A DNA stretch of 64,000 nucleotides from an uncultured delta proteobacterium (GTDB lineage: Bacteria > Desulfobacterota > Desulfobaccia > Desulfobaccales > 0-14-0-80-60-11), in the NCBI GenBank assembly GCA_963812015.1, contig CAWETI010000002.1, forward strand, positions 1,056,001 through 1,120,000, written 5' to 3'. Within the stretch, counting starts at the first letter, position 1. Each line of letters begins with the position of its first letter. A program made the translations under genes and the position numbers. Below are positions 32,394-43,646 of this stretch, piece after piece. Under the pieces are notes generated by a model. It searched no databases. It was not told the DNA's origin and was given only the letters and a program-made list of their open reading frames with translations.

Positions 32394-32606
32394 GGTTTTC
32401 GGTTTGCGGTTTTCAGTAAAAGCAAAACCGCTTCAAACTAATAGCGACCATGTTTATAAGAAAAGAGGTAGGGTGGGCGATGCCCATCCTACCTCTTGCT
32501 TATGATACGCTCTTCTGGGTTAGCGGAGATTATCAGCCGGGCCAGGGCCTGAGGCCCGGCTTTAGGTCTTAATCACCGAAAACCGAAAACAGGAAACAGA
32601 AAACCA
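32394..32606. repeat. Inverted heptamer arrays (GGTTTTC)n ... (GAAAACC)n enclosing a REP-like palindrome
   Basis: Left 32394-32416, right 32575-32606, with GGTAGGGTGGGC-GAT-GCCCATCCTACC inside. Confidence 0.75.
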
Positions 32607-32609
32607 GTT

Positions 32610-33743
32610 TTACTGCACCTTGACGTACTTGCCGCCTTTGACTTCCAGCAGATAAACCCCTTCAGTGCCGGCGCGCACCACGTCGTGCTCCTTATTAAAC
32701 GACAGTTTGCCGGTGACGCCGTCAAAATCTTTCATATTGTCCAGGTATTTCTTGATGCCTTCCGCTGTGGGGCCGTCCTTTTTCATGGCGTCAAGGAGCA
32801 TGGAGGTGGCATCGTAGTGGAGGGCCGCAAACATGATGTTCAAGGGATCATTGTTCTTTTTGGCCAGATCGAAGTAGGCTTTCTTGAAGGCCTCGTTCTT
32901 CGGGGTATTATATTCTTCGTCGTATTCACCCCCGATGAGGTGGCCTTCGGCGTTGGGACCGGCCAACTGGATATAGACCGGGTCCATGTCGCCGTAAACC
33001 CCCAAAATCTTCTGCTTCATGCCCAATTGCCGGGCCTGGGCCGCGGCGGGGGCGGTTTCCGGGGTATAGCCGGGGATGAACAGGATATCGGGGTTGGTGG
33101 CTTTGATCTTGGTGAGCTGGGCCTTGAAGTCCCGGGAGCCCCGCATAAAGGATTCGGTGGGCACCACCTTGATGCCGTTTTTTTCAAAGAACTTGGTGAA
33201 AAGATCGGCGCAGCCCTTACCATACGGTTCGTTGGAGAACAGAATGGCCACGGTCTTGGGCTTCCAGTTCTTCACCACATAGTCGGTCAGAACTTGGGCC
33301 TGCTTGTCGATGCGGGAGCAGCCGCGGTAGAGATAGGCGCCGTAACCGCTGAGTTTGGGGGTAGTGGCGGTGGGGCTGAGTTCCACTACTTTAGCGTCAT
33401 TGGCGATTTTGCCTGCGGCCATCATGCCGCCGGAGGTCATGGGGCCGATAATGGCCAAGACTTTGTCCACGTTGATGAGTTTCTGCACCGCATTCACCGA
33501 CGCCGCGGGAGAGTCTTTTTCGTCTTCAAATATCACTTCCACTTGGCGGCCATTGATGCCGCCGGCCTTATTGACCTGATCCACTGCCAGTTCCACCCCC
33601 CGTTTGGAGGGGATGCCGTGCTCGGCGCCCACGGACAGACGCAGCACCGCGCCGATCTTGATGGGCTCGGCCCCGAAGGCGAGACCGGCGGTTAGCAAGG
33701 TGAGGGCCAGAGCGACCACCAAAATTTTGCGTATACTCATCAT
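32610..33743 (-). CDS. Branched-chain amino acid-type ABC substrate-binding protein (LivK-like)
   Basis: Signal peptide, GGINGRQVEV, DFKAQLTKIK, FDGVTG. Confidence 0.9.
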   Translation of the reverse strand: MMSIRKILVVALALTLLTAGLAFGAEPIKIGAVLRLSVGAEHGIPSKRGVELAVDQVNKAGGINGRQVEVIFEDEKDSPAASVNAVQKLINVDKVLAIIGPMTSGGMMAAGKIANDAKVVELSPTATTPKLSGYGAYLYRGCSRIDKQAQVLTDYVVKNWKPKTVAILFSNEPYGKGCADLFTKFFEKNGIKVVPTESFMRGSRDFKAQLTKIKATNPDILFIPGYTPETAPAAAQARQLGMKQKILGVYGDMDPVYIQLAGPNAEGHLIGGEYDEEYNTPKNEAFKKAYFDLAKKNNDPLNIMFAALHYDATSMLLDAMKKDGPTAEGIKKYLDNMKDFDGVTGKLSFNKEHDVVRAGTEGVYLLEVKGGKYVKVQ

Positions 33744-33828
33744 GTTCAATTCCTCCTTATCTTTTCCTTATAGGGTATTTCCGGCGGAAAGAAAATTAAA
33801 ATTGTGCCCCGGCTGGCTGCCTATCTCC

Positions 33829-35079
33829 TTATTCGGAGCCAAGCTCCTTCAAGGTGATGTGGGCGTTGATGCCCAGGTTTTCCTGAAGGTGGCGCCGGGC
33901 CCGGCGGCACAGCATCTCCAGGGCCTTGATCTCATCGGAGAAGAAACTCTCTGCCACGATGAGGTCGATTTCCAGGACCTCCAGGCCTTTTTCCGTGACC
34001 ACCCGGTGGCGATACTCCGGGAGCGCCCCCCCCATGACTTCCTGGAGGAGCAGGCTGATCTGGTCCGGGTGTACTTTGATGCCCCCCACGGAGAAGATGG
34101 GATCGGTGCGTCCGGTGATTTCCCCCAGGCGCACCAGGGTGCGGCCGCAGTCACAGGTTTTTGGTAAGAGCGACGTCCGGTCGCCACTGCGAAAACGGAC
34201 CAACGGGAAGGCCACGGTGCTCAGGGTGGTGATCACCAGCTCCCCGGGGGTGCCGGGGGGGAGCGGGGTCCCGGTCTCGGGGTCGATGATCTCCGGGTAA
34301 AAGTGGTCCTCGGAGAAGTGGAGGCCGCCGTCGGCGCCGCAACTGAAGGCCAGCCCCGGCCCCATGACTTCGGTGATGCCGTAGGCCGTGGCGAGCTTAA
34401 CCTGGAAGCCCGCCTCGATCTCCCGGCGCACCTCGCCGGGGAGCGGCGAGGCCACCAGCAGGGCCTGCTTGAGGCTAAGTTCCGCCGGGGTCAGGCCCAT
34501 GCGGGCCATCACCGTCAGGAGATGCCGGGCCAGGGGCGGCGTGGTGACCAGGACCGAGGTCTTGTAATCCCGCATCACCATGAGTTCCTTGGCAAAATTG
34601 AGGGTTGCCGGCGGGATCACCGAGGCTCCCAGGTATTCGGCCCCGGCTTGGAGGTCCCGGCGCCAGTTGGCCAACCCGGGGGGCAGGATAATTTGCAGGA
34701 TGTCTTCCCGGGTGACTTCGGCGGCGGCGTATAACCGGGCCAGGAGCTCCAGCCAGAGCTTGACGTCCTGGGCGGCATAGCCCACCACCAGTGGCTTCTC
34801 CGTGGTGCCGGGGGAGGAGAGGATGCGGACGATGTCCCGGAGAGGCACGGCGAAGAGGCCGTAGGGGTAGTTTTCCGACAGGTCTTTCCGGCTGGTGCAG
34901 GGGAGCTTCGCCAAATCGCCCAGGCTCCGGAAGTCATCCAGGTTCAGCCCCAGGCGGTCGAACCGGCGGCGGTAGAATTTCACCTGACGGTAAGCCCGGG
35001 TGAGGGTGCTCTGGAGGCGCTCCAGTTGCAGGAGCTCCAATTCCCCCCGGTCCATGGCCTCAATTTCCGGTTGGCGCAT
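33829..35079 (-). CDS. Phenylacetate-CoA ligase-like paralogue with degenerate motifs
   Basis: NYPYGLFAVP, SSPGTTEKP, YGITEVMGPG, EDHFYPE, GRTD. No C-terminal GKAKR. Confidence 0.8.
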   Translation of the reverse strand: MRQPEIEAMDRGELELLQLERLQSTLTRAYRQVKFYRRRFDRLGLNLDDFRSLGDLAKLPCTSRKDLSENYPYGLFAVPLRDIVRILSSPGTTEKPLVVGYAAQDVKLWLELLARLYAAAEVTREDILQIILPPGLANWRRDLQAGAEYLGASVIPPATLNFAKELMVMRDYKTSVLVTTPPLARHLLTVMARMGLTPAELSLKQALLVASPLPGEVRREIEAGFQVKLATAYGITEVMGPGLAFSCGADGGLHFSEDHFYPEIIDPETGTPLPPGTPGELVITTLSTVAFPLVRFRSGDRTSLLPKTCDCGRTLVRLGEITGRTDPIFSVGGIKVHPDQISLLLQEVMGGALPEYRHRVVTEKGLEVLEIDLIVAESFFSDEIKALEMLCRRARRHLQENLGINAHITLKELGSE

Positions 35080-35099
35080 GTGTCCTCCCTCCCTATCTC

Positions 35100-35131
35100 A
35101 CGCCAAGACGCAAAGACGCCAAGGCGCAAGG
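35100..35131. repeat. Short ~9-mer tandem repeat (CGCCAAGA/CGCAAAGA type)
   Basis: CGCCAAGACGCAAAGACGCCAAGGCGCAAG. Confidence 0.55.
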
Positions 35132-35153
35132 TTCATATCATCAGCATTAGACC

Positions 35154-35891
35154 TTACCGCCCCTCGGTAAATTCCTTGTAGTCCCGGCCCAGATAGGCCC
35201 GGGTCACCTGGCGGTCCTGGAGCAGGTCGGCGGCATTGCCGCTCAGGATAATGCGGCCCGTTTCCAGGACGTAGGCCCGGTCGGCGACCTTGAGCGCCCC
35301 CCGGGCGTTCTGCTCCACCAGAAGAATGGTTACCCCTTCGGTGCGCAGTTGGCTCAGCCGGGCCAGGATGTCCTCCACCACGATGGGGGCCAGACCCAGG
35401 GAGGGCTCATCCAACAGCAAGAGCCGGGGGCGGGCCATGAGGGCCCGGCCGATGGCCAGCATTTGCTGTTCCCCGCCGCTCATGGTGCCGGCCTGCTGGG
35501 CCAGACGGTCCTTGAGGCGCGGAAAAAGCTGAAAGACCCGTTCCAGGTCTGACTGGATGGCGGCGCGGGCCTCTTTGCGGTAGCGGCGGTAGGCCCCCAG
35601 CTCCAGATTTTCCGCCACGGTCATGGGCGCAAAGAGCTGGCGGCCTTCGGGGACCTGGGAGATCCCCAACCCCACGATCTCCTCCGGGGCCAGGCCGCGT
35701 AACGTGCGCCCGGAGAACTCCAGGTCGCCGTCTTTCCGCACCAGCCCGCAAATGGCGTTGAGCAGGGTGGTCTTCCCCGCGCCGTTGGCCCCAATGAGGG
35801 TGACGATTTCGCCCTCCCGGACGCGACAGGTCACGCCGCTGAGGGCTTTCACGGAGCCGTAGTAGGCGGAGAGGTTACGGATTTTTAGCAT
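35154..35891 (-). CDS. livF: ABC ATP-binding protein LivF-like
   Basis: GANGAGKTT, MSGGEQQM, DEPSLGLAP. Confidence 0.9.
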   Translation of the reverse strand: MLKIRNLSAYYGSVKALSGVTCRVREGEIVTLIGANGAGKTTLLNAICGLVRKDGDLEFSGRTLRGLAPEEIVGLGISQVPEGRQLFAPMTVAENLELGAYRRYRKEARAAIQSDLERVFQLFPRLKDRLAQQAGTMSGGEQQMLAIGRALMARPRLLLLDEPSLGLAPIVVEDILARLSQLRTEGVTILLVEQNARGALKVADRAYVLETGRIILSGNAADLLQDRQVTRAYLGRDYKEFTEGR

Positions 35892-35893
35892 TA

Positions 35894-36128
35894 CGGTTTT
35901 CAGTTTTCGGTTTTCGGTTAAAAAGATTACCCATCAATCAAAAATTATCCCTTTTGGCAGTTATTGTATGGTGGGCACGGCCCAGCATACATCCAAAGGC
36001 TGGCGGGCAATGCCCGCCCTACATTGTTTGCATGGGTGGAACGGGCTTTCCAGCCTGTTCTGCACAGGCGAGACGCCTGTGCCACCAAGGCTTTTAATTA
36101 AAAACCAAAAACCAAAAACGAAAAACCG
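35894..36128. repeat. Inverted heptamer arrays enclosing REP-like hairpins
   Basis: (GGTTTTC)n 35894-35919 and (AAAAACC)n 36100-36128, with CACAGGCGAGACGCCTGTG inside. Confidence 0.75.
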
Positions 36129-36134
36129 GCTTCT

Positions 36135-36903
<769 letters not shown>

Positions 36904-36911
<8 letters not shown>

Positions 36912-37872
36912 GGAAGGTCCCTCCTTCCCGCTTGTAGCGCCGGAATTCGTAAAGGTCCAGGATGCCCCGGACCAGGCCCCGGGGCAGGAAGATCATCACC
37001 ACCATGAGGATGGCTCCGAAGATGACCACTTCAAAATCGTGAAAGACCGTGAGCGCCTCGGGGAGCACGGTGAGCGCCCCGGCCCCCAAAAGCGAGCCCC
37101 AGATGCTGGCCATACCGCCCAGGACCACCATGGTCACCAGTTTGATGGAAAACATGAAGCCGAAGGACGCCGGGGCGACGAAGTTGAGGGTATGGGCATA
37201 GAGGCTGCCGGCCAGGGAGGCGTAGAGGGCGCTCCAGACAAAGATCTTGAGCTTCATGCGGAAGGTGTCCACCCCCAGGGACTCGGCCCCGGCCTCGCTG
37301 TCGTGGAGGGCCCGGATCGCCCGACCGGTGCGGGAGTTCACCAGGTTGGCGCTGATATACAGGATCAAGCCCAGAATAATCCAGATCAACAGATAGAGGC
37401 GCCGGGGAGTGTTGAGGGCCAAGCCGGCCAGGGAGAGGGGGGGGATGCCGCTGAGGCCCGAGGGTCCCCCGGTGAGGCCCTGGGCCTCGTTGAGGATGAT
37501 GTAGACGATGATGCCGAAGCCCAGGGTGGCCATGGCCAGGTAGTAGCCCCGGAGCTTCAGGGCCGGGATGCCGATCAAGAAAGCGGCGGTGCCGGAAACC
37601 GCCAGCCCCGCCACCAGGGCCAGCCAGGGATTGACCCCGTAGGTGGCGGTGAGGATGCCGGAAGTATAGGCACCCAGGCCGAAGAAGGCGGCGTGTCCCA
37701 GGGAGATCTGGCCGGCATAGCCCAGGAGCAGGTTGAGCCCCACCACCAACAGGGTATGGATGCCGATGAAATTGAGGAGGGTGTAGTAGTAGTCATGGTC
37801 CATGAAAACGGCGATGGCCACGACCACCAGGGCAAAGAGGAACCAGCGGTTCAGGAATCGGAGCCGGGTCAT
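36904..37872 (-). CDS. livM: ABC permease LivM-like
   Basis: GYAGQISLGHAAFFG, LRGYYLAMATLGF, TGGPSG. Confidence 0.9.
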
Positions 37873-38738
37873 TTCCGTCCTCCCACCAGCCCCTGGGGGC
37901 GCAGGAACAGGACCAGGAGGAGCAGGAGAAAGGCCACCGCATCCCGGTAGCCGGAGGAGATGAAGCCGGTGGCCAGGGCCTCGGCTACGCCCAGGACCAA
38001 GCCCCCCAGGACCCCGCCCCAAAGGCTCCCCAGGCCCCCGATGATGGCGGCGGAAAATCCCTTGAGGCCCAGCATGGTGCCCATGTCATAGACACCCAGG
38101 GTGAGGGGGGCGATGAGGATGCCGGCCCCCGCCCCCAGGGCGGCGCTGACCCCGAAGGAGAGCTGGACCATGCGGCCGGCGGCGATCCCCACCAGGCGGG
38201 CGGCCCGGGTGTTATAGGCGCAAGCCCGCATGGCCTTGCCCACCAGGGTAAGCCGAAAAAAGGCCTCCAGGGCTGCCACCGAAATCGCCGTGATCCCCAG
38301 CACCCAGAGGTTTTGGGGCAAAATGGTAGCCTCCCCCAGGTGGATGGGGGTATTGCCGGAAAAGGGCGGCAGGATGTAAGCCTCTTTGCCCCACAGGAGC
38401 ATGGCCACGCCTTTGATCAGGACGGCGCCGCCCACGGTGATGATGATCAGGGTGATGGGGCTGGGGTCTTTGACCGGACGCAGGGCCAGGCGCTCAAAGA
38501 CCAGCCCCACGATGGTCACCAGGATGACGGCGCCCACAAAGGCCAGGGGGAGAGAGGGGATCACCTGGTAGATGCTGATGGCGCACAAGGCCCCCAGCAT
38601 CACCATCTCGCCCTGGGCGAAGTTGATGATGGTGGTGGCATTGTAAATGATGCCGAACCCCAGGGCGATGAGGGCGTAAATCGCGCCGTTGGTCAGGCCG
38701 GAGACGAGATACTGCAGCAGGTCGGCAAGGATCTCCAA
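37869..38738 (-). CDS. livH: ABC permease LivH-like
   Basis: GAIYALIALGF, NFAQGE, GKAMRA, AAIIGGLGS. Confidence 0.9.
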   Translation of the reverse strand: MEILADLLQYLVSGLTNGAIYALIALGFGIIYNATTIINFAQGEMVMLGALCAISIYQVIPSLPLAFVGAVILVTIVGLVFERLALRPVKDPSPITLIIITVGGAVLIKGVAMLLWGKEAYILPPFSGNTPIHLGEATILPQNLWVLGITAISVAALEAFFRLTLVGKAMRACAYNTRAARLVGIAAGRMVQLSFGVSAALGAGAGILIAPLTLGVYDMGTMLGLKGFSAAIIGGLGSLWGGVLGGLVLGVAEALATGFISSGYRDAVAFLLLLLVLFLRPQGLVGGRK

Positions 38739-38759
38739 GGGGAGTGAACTGCCTCCATG

Positions 38760-38953
38760 ATCAGTAGTCAGTTGCCAGTAGTCAGTTAAAAAATAGTCCG
38801 GGCATGATCGGAACGACTAACTGCTACCGGCCATGGTAAGGATATCTATTGCATGCTCCAGTCAGCAGCAGTTGCCAGGCCAACGCCAGGAGTACCGCAA
38901 GGAAGGTCCTGGACGCCGGCAAATGGCAACTGGCGACTGACTGCTGACTACTA
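38760..38953. repeat. Inverted heptamer arrays (TCAGTAG)n ... (CTACTGA-like)n
   Basis: Left 38760-38787, right 38918-38953. Confidence 0.7.
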
Positions 38954-40114
38954 ATCGATCAGCTGGAATTCGCCGTTGTGAATCTTGACCATCACAAAGG
39001 CGGCCGGGGACAGGCCGTTGTGGTCTTCCGGGCTCATATTGAAAATACCGCTGATGCCCACGAAGTTTTTGAGGCCTTCCAGTTCGCCGCGGATTTTCTC
39101 CTGGTTGTCGCCGGCCTTGGCCAGGGCCTGATTCAGCATGCGAATGGCGTCATAGGCATAGGCCCCGAAGCTGGATTCCGGCGCCTTAAATTTGGCTGAA
39201 TACTTTTCGGCGTATTCCTTACACACGGCCTTCTGAGGGTCGGTGTCGGGCAGCTGCTGCCAGATCACCAGCTTGCCGGCGGGCATGATGATTCCTTCCC
39301 CCGCATCCCCGGCCAGTTCGATGAATTTTTTGGAGGCCGCACCGTGACTCTGAATTAAGGGCAGGGTGAGACCCAGCTGTTTCATATTTTTGGCTACCAG
39401 GGCCGGGGCCGGGCCGGTGCCCCAACAAATCACCGCCTGGGCCGAAGTGCCCCGGAGCTTGGTGAGCTGGGGGGTCATGTCGGTGTCTTTTTCCCCGAAG
39501 ACCTCCTGGGCCACTATCTCGAAGCCGTACTTGGGGGCCAGGGCCAGGAGCTGCTGCTTGCCCGAGACCCCGAAACCGGTGGACACAGTGAGGATGGCCA
39601 CCTTTTTGAGATTTTGCTTTTGCAGGTACTGAAAGATGCGGTCCACCGCCATCTGGTCCGTTTGGGCGGTCTTGAAGACCCAGACGCGGTCCTTGGCCGG
39701 GGAGGTGATGTCAACGCCGGCGGCGCAGGAAATCAAAGGCAGTTTAGCCTTCTGGGTGATTTCCAGGGTGGTCATGGAGGTGTGGGTGAGACTGGGGCCG
39801 ATAACGGCCAGGACGCTTTTGTCCTGAGCCAGCTTGGTGGCATGGAGCCGGGCCTTGGTCACGTCGCCTTCGTCATCATAAATGACCAGCTTCAGCGGGT
39901 GACCATTGATGCCTCCCGTGGCGTTGACGGTCTCTGCCACCAGTTCCATGGAATTGCGTTCGGGCTCCCCGAGATAGGAGGCCGGGCCGCTGATGGAGAA
40001 GATGCCGCCCACCACGTAGGGCTCGGTCTTTTTGGCGCCGCCGCAGCCCAAAAAGATGAGGCCCAGACCGGCCAGGGCCAGGGTTACGCCAACCAGAATT
40101 GCCTTTATTTTCAT
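38951..40114 (-). CDS. ABC substrate-binding lipoprotein (LivK-like; aromatic acid/amino acid)
   Basis: Lipobox FLGC, GGINGHPL, DTDMTPQL, DHNGL. Confidence 0.9.
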   Translation of the reverse strand: MKIKAILVGVTLALAGLGLIFLGCGGAKKTEPYVVGGIFSISGPASYLGEPERNSMELVAETVNATGGINGHPLKLVIYDDEGDVTKARLHATKLAQDKSVLAVIGPSLTHTSMTTLEITQKAKLPLISCAAGVDITSPAKDRVWVFKTAQTDQMAVDRIFQYLQKQNLKKVAILTVSTGFGVSGKQQLLALAPKYGFEIVAQEVFGEKDTDMTPQLTKLRGTSAQAVICWGTGPAPALVAKNMKQLGLTLPLIQSHGAASKKFIELAGDAGEGIIMPAGKLVIWQQLPDTDPQKAVCKEYAEKYSAKFKAPESSFGAYAYDAIRMLNQALAKAGDNQEKIRGELEGLKNFVGISGIFNMSPEDHNGLSPAAFVMVKIHNGEFQLID

Positions 40115-40134
40115 AAGCTCTCCTCCCCGATAAT

Positions 40135-40566
40135 TTAAAGTCGATATACTTCCTCGCCCTTATAGATGTGGATGCCTTCTTTCTGGAGCAATTCGATGGC
40201 CTGCTCCAGGTTGTCGAAGCGGAAGATGATCACCGCGTTCTTGCCGCTATGCTGGACGAAGGCGTACATGTATTCCACGTTGACGCCGGCTTTGGCCAGG
40301 ATTTGGAGCACCAGCCCCAATCCCCCGGGCCGGTCCGGCACCTCCACCGCCACCACCTCCGTCTTGCCGACGGTAAAGCCTTTATCCTTCAAGATCTCCC
40401 GGGCCCGATCGTACTGGTCCACGATGAGCCGCAGGATGCCGAAATCAGTGGTGTCGGCCAGGGAGAGGGCCCGGATGTTGATCCCGGATTCGCCCAGAAC
40501 CCGGGTGACTTCCGCCAGGCGGCCAGCCTTGTTCTCCAAAAATACCGAGATTTGTTCCACTTTCAT
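40135..40566 (-). CDS. Tandem ACT-domain protein
   Basis: [25 protein letters not shown]. Confidence 0.9.
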   Translation of the reverse strand: MKVEQISVFLENKAGRLAEVTRVLGESGINIRALSLADTTDFGILRLIVDQYDRAREILKDKGFTVGKTEVVAVEVPDRPGGLGLVLQILAKAGVNVEYMYAFVQHSGKNAVIIFRFDNLEQAIELLQKEGIHIYKGEEVYRL

Positions 40567-40725
40567 GGTTGTGCTCCCTCATCGACGATGAACTTTACCT
40601 GCAGGAAAGAAGGCGGCCGGGGACGGCTGCCCCACCGGCCGGTTTAAACCGCCGCCCCCGGCGATTCTCAAGCCGGCGAGGGCGCTGGCGCCACATTTTC
40701 ACAAGAAATGTGCTTTAGCGAAGCC

Positions 40726-42027
40726 CTAAAGTTGCCGCTTGTCAATGACCCGCTTGGCCTTGCCTTCGCTGCGGGGGATGGATTGGGGCTCCACCAGTTT
40801 CACCTTGACGGAGACGGTGAAGTAATCCTTGATCTTCCTCTGGATGCCCTGGGCCAGGGCCTGTAATTGCTTGACTTCATCGGAGAAGGCGGTTTCATCT
40901 ACTTCCACCTGGACTTCCAGGGTATCTAGTTGCCCCTCCCGGTCGACGATGAGCTGGTAATGGGGCGCCACTCCCGGGGTTTCCATGAGCACGGACTCGA
41001 TCTGGGACGGGAAGACGTTCACGCCTCGAATAATGAGCATGTCATCGCTGCGGCCCTGGAAACGACTGATGCTGGCCATAGTCCGACCGCAGATGCAAGG
41101 GGCGTAATTCAGGGAGGTGATGTCCCGGGTGCGGTAGCGCAGCAGCGGGAAGGCCTCTTTGGTGAGGGTGGTGATGGCCAGTTCGCCTAACTCACCCGCC
41201 GGGACCGCTTCCAGGGTCGCCGGGTTGATGACCTCCGGCAGAAAGTGGTCTTCAAATATGTGCAGCCCCTGCTTGGCTTCGAGGCACTCGATGGCCACCC
41301 CCGGCCCCAGGATCTCGGATAGGCCGTAAATGTCCAGGGCATCGAGGTGGAGGCGCTTTTCGACTTCCTGGCGCATACCCTCGGTCCAGGGTTCGGCCCC
41401 GAAGACCCCCACCCGGAGCTTGGTCTTGGCGAAGTCCACCCCCATTTCCTGGCCCACCTCCGCCAGGTACAGGGCGAAGGAGGGGGTGCAGCAGAGGACG
41501 GTGGGACCGAAGTCCTGAATAAGCATGATCTGGCGGCGGGTCTGTCCCCCGGACACGGGGATCACCGCGGCTCCCAGGCGTTCAGCCCCGTAGTGGGCCC
41601 CCAAACCCCCGGTGAACAGGCCATAGCCGTAAGCCACGTGGATGATGTCGCCGCGATGGGCGCCCGCGGCCGCCAGGGCCCGGGCCATCAGCTCCGCCCA
41701 GGTTTCCAGGTCCCGCTGGGTATAGGCCACGGGAGTAGGCTTGCCGGTGGTGCCGGATGAGGCGTGAATCCGGACAATCTGGTCCATGGGGGCGGCAAAC
41801 ATACCGAAGGGGTAGTTGTCCCGCAGGTCCTGCTTGGTGGTGTAAGGCAGATGGCGAAGATCCCCCAGGGTGCGGATGTGTTCCGGCTTAACCCCCAACT
41901 CATCCATCCGCCGGCGATAGAACGGCACCAAATGATAGACCCGTTCCACCACCGCTTGCAGGCGTTTAAGCTGTAAGGTTTCCAGGTCTTCCCGGGGCAT
42001 AGTTTCATGTTCAACGTCACGGATCAT
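40726..42027 (-). CDS. paaK: Phenylacetate-CoA ligase
   Basis: [44 protein letters not shown]. Confidence 0.92.
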   Translation of the reverse strand: MIRDVEHETMPREDLETLQLKRLQAVVERVYHLVPFYRRRMDELGVKPEHIRTLGDLRHLPYTTKQDLRDNYPFGMFAAPMDQIVRIHASSGTTGKPTPVAYTQRDLETWAELMARALAAAGAHRGDIIHVAYGYGLFTGGLGAHYGAERLGAAVIPVSGGQTRRQIMLIQDFGPTVLCCTPSFALYLAEVGQEMGVDFAKTKLRVGVFGAEPWTEGMRQEVEKRLHLDALDIYGLSEILGPGVAIECLEAKQGLHIFEDHFLPEVINPATLEAVPAGELGELAITTLTKEAFPLLRYRTRDITSLNYAPCICGRTMASISRFQGRSDDMLIIRGVNVFPSQIESVLMETPGVAPHYQLIVDREGQLDTLEVQVEVDETAFSDEVKQLQALAQGIQRKIKDYFTVSVKVKLVEPQSIPRSEGKAKRVIDKRQL

Positions 42028-42179
42028 GTAACCTTGTACTCCTCCCTGATAGACATTTGTTAAAGATAGCACAAAGTCCCGCCGGGGGTCAAATATGCTT
42101 TTGCAGTTTTCTGAGCCAAGTGGTGAAAAACTGGAGGGATAGGGTGGCAGTTGGTCCGGGCGGCTCACACTTCCGGGAG

Positions 42180-42836
42180 TCAGGTTTCCAGGCTGTCGGC
42201 CCAGACCAGCAAGAAGCGGGTTGCCAGGGCGTAGCGGACCGCGGCGGAGCGGGCCTGGTTGTGGCGCAGCAGTCCGGCCCGGAGCAATTTCTGCAGGTAT
42301 TCCCAGGCGGTTTTGCGATCTATCCCGAAGTGCTGTTCGAAGTCTTTCAGGCGGAACCAGCCGCCCCGGGTGTGACCCAAAAACTCCCAGAGCTTTGCCC
42401 GGCTGAGCTTGCGGTGGGCCCGGCGGGGCAACAGGCCCAGGCCTTCTTCCTGAAACCAGGCGCGCAGCAGGTCTTCCCGGAGCGCCGGTGGGGCTGGGGT
42501 GAGGGCCGCCTGGGGCCGGCCCCCCATGGGGTCAGAGGGTTTGAGGGGGGTGCCGGTGACCAGGGGATAGTTAACGGGAAACCAGCGATCCACCTTACGG
42601 AGCAAGCGGTGGAAGCGGTCCAGGGTGACCCGCCCGGCCAGATGCGTGATCAGGGAATCTTTGAGGCGCTTTTTGACCACCTGCCGCTGGGTTTTGGGGT
42701 CAAAGGAGGAACCGCCGGTTTCCAGGATCACTTCCAGCATCAACCCGTTTACCAGGGCCCGGTCCAATTTTTCTTCTTCCGGTCCGGGGCCCTTCTGAGC
42801 TCCTTCCCAGACCCCGGATCTTTTGCTCCCATCCAT
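42180..42836 (-). CDS. Hypothetical protein with C-terminal winged-HTH-like region
   Basis: [30 protein letters not shown]. Confidence 0.6.
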   Translation of the reverse strand: MDGSKRSGVWEGAQKGPGPEEEKLDRALVNGLMLEVILETGGSSFDPKTQRQVVKKRLKDSLITHLAGRVTLDRFHRLLRKVDRWFPVNYPLVTGTPLKPSDPMGGRPQAALTPAPPALREDLLRAWFQEEGLGLLPRRAHRKLSRAKLWEFLGHTRGGWFRLKDFEQHFGIDRKTAWEYLQKLLRAGLLRHNQARSAAVRYALATRFLLVWADSLET

Positions 42837-42943
42837 CGCCGCCGCCGGGCCCGGGAGAGATGGAGGCGTTTCTCCCCGGGGTTCTGCACGTGAGTTCCAG
42901 GCAAGAGAACGTTACCGTTCCCGGCCCTGGTGCGGCTAAGAGA

Positions 42944-42959
42944 TGCAAGATCCCGGCCA
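42944..42959 (-). promoter_or_regulatory. sigma54-type promoter upstream of the wHTH gene
   Basis: TGGCCG-GGATC-TTGCA (GG-N10-GC). Confidence 0.5.
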
Positions 42960-43058
42960 GAAAGGTTAAAAGGCTATGAGCTGAATATAATTATGAAATT
43001 ACGAAGGTGATTGGATCTCCTTTTAAAATGTCCCATTGCCTGTCCCAAGGGTATCCCA

Positions 43059-43646
43059 CTAAGCTTCGGGCTGGCCGCCATACAAGACCATCTGGCAGGC
43101 GGGGCAGCGCACCTCTCCCCCCAGGGCGCCGATGATGGCGTCTAAAAAGGCCGGCAAGTCGCTGGGCTGACGGGCCGTGATGAGGTTGCCATCCACCACC
43201 ACTTCGGCATCTTTGTAGGTGGCCCCGGCATGGACCAGGTCATCTTTGATGGCAGAAAAGCAGGTGACGGTTTTCCCGGCCACCACTTCGGCGGAGGCCA
43301 ACATCCAGGGCCCGTGGCAAATGGCGGCGACGATCTTGCCGTGACGGGCCATCTCCCGGATGAAGGCCACCATGGCGGGATGACGGCGCATGCGGTCCGG
43401 GGCGTAACCCCCCGGCACCACCACCGCCTGGAACTGCTCCACGTCCACCTCCCGGATGGCTTTATCCACGGTGACGGGGTAACCGTACTTGCCGTGATGC
43501 ACCCTGGCCTCGCCGGAGCCCACCACCACAACCTCGGACCCCTCTTCCTTCAGCCGCAGCAGGGGATACCACAGTTCCAGGTCTTCATAGAGATCCTCGG
43601 CAAAAATCGCCACGCGTTTGCCCTTCAAGCGCTTGTCCAATGGCAT
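43059..43646 (-). CDS. PfpI/DJ-1 family (type 1 glutamine amidotransferase-like)
   Basis: YEDLELWYP, PGGYAPD, AICHGPW, VVVDGNLIT. Confidence 0.92.
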   Translation of the reverse strand: MPLDKRLKGKRVAIFAEDLYEDLELWYPLLRLKEEGSEVVVVGSGEARVHHGKYGYPVTVDKAIREVDVEQFQAVVVPGGYAPDRMRRHPAMVAFIREMARHGKIVAAICHGPWMLASAEVVAGKTVTCFSAIKDDLVHAGATYKDAEVVVDGNLITARQPSDLPAFLDAIIGALGGEVRCPACQMVLYGGQPEA

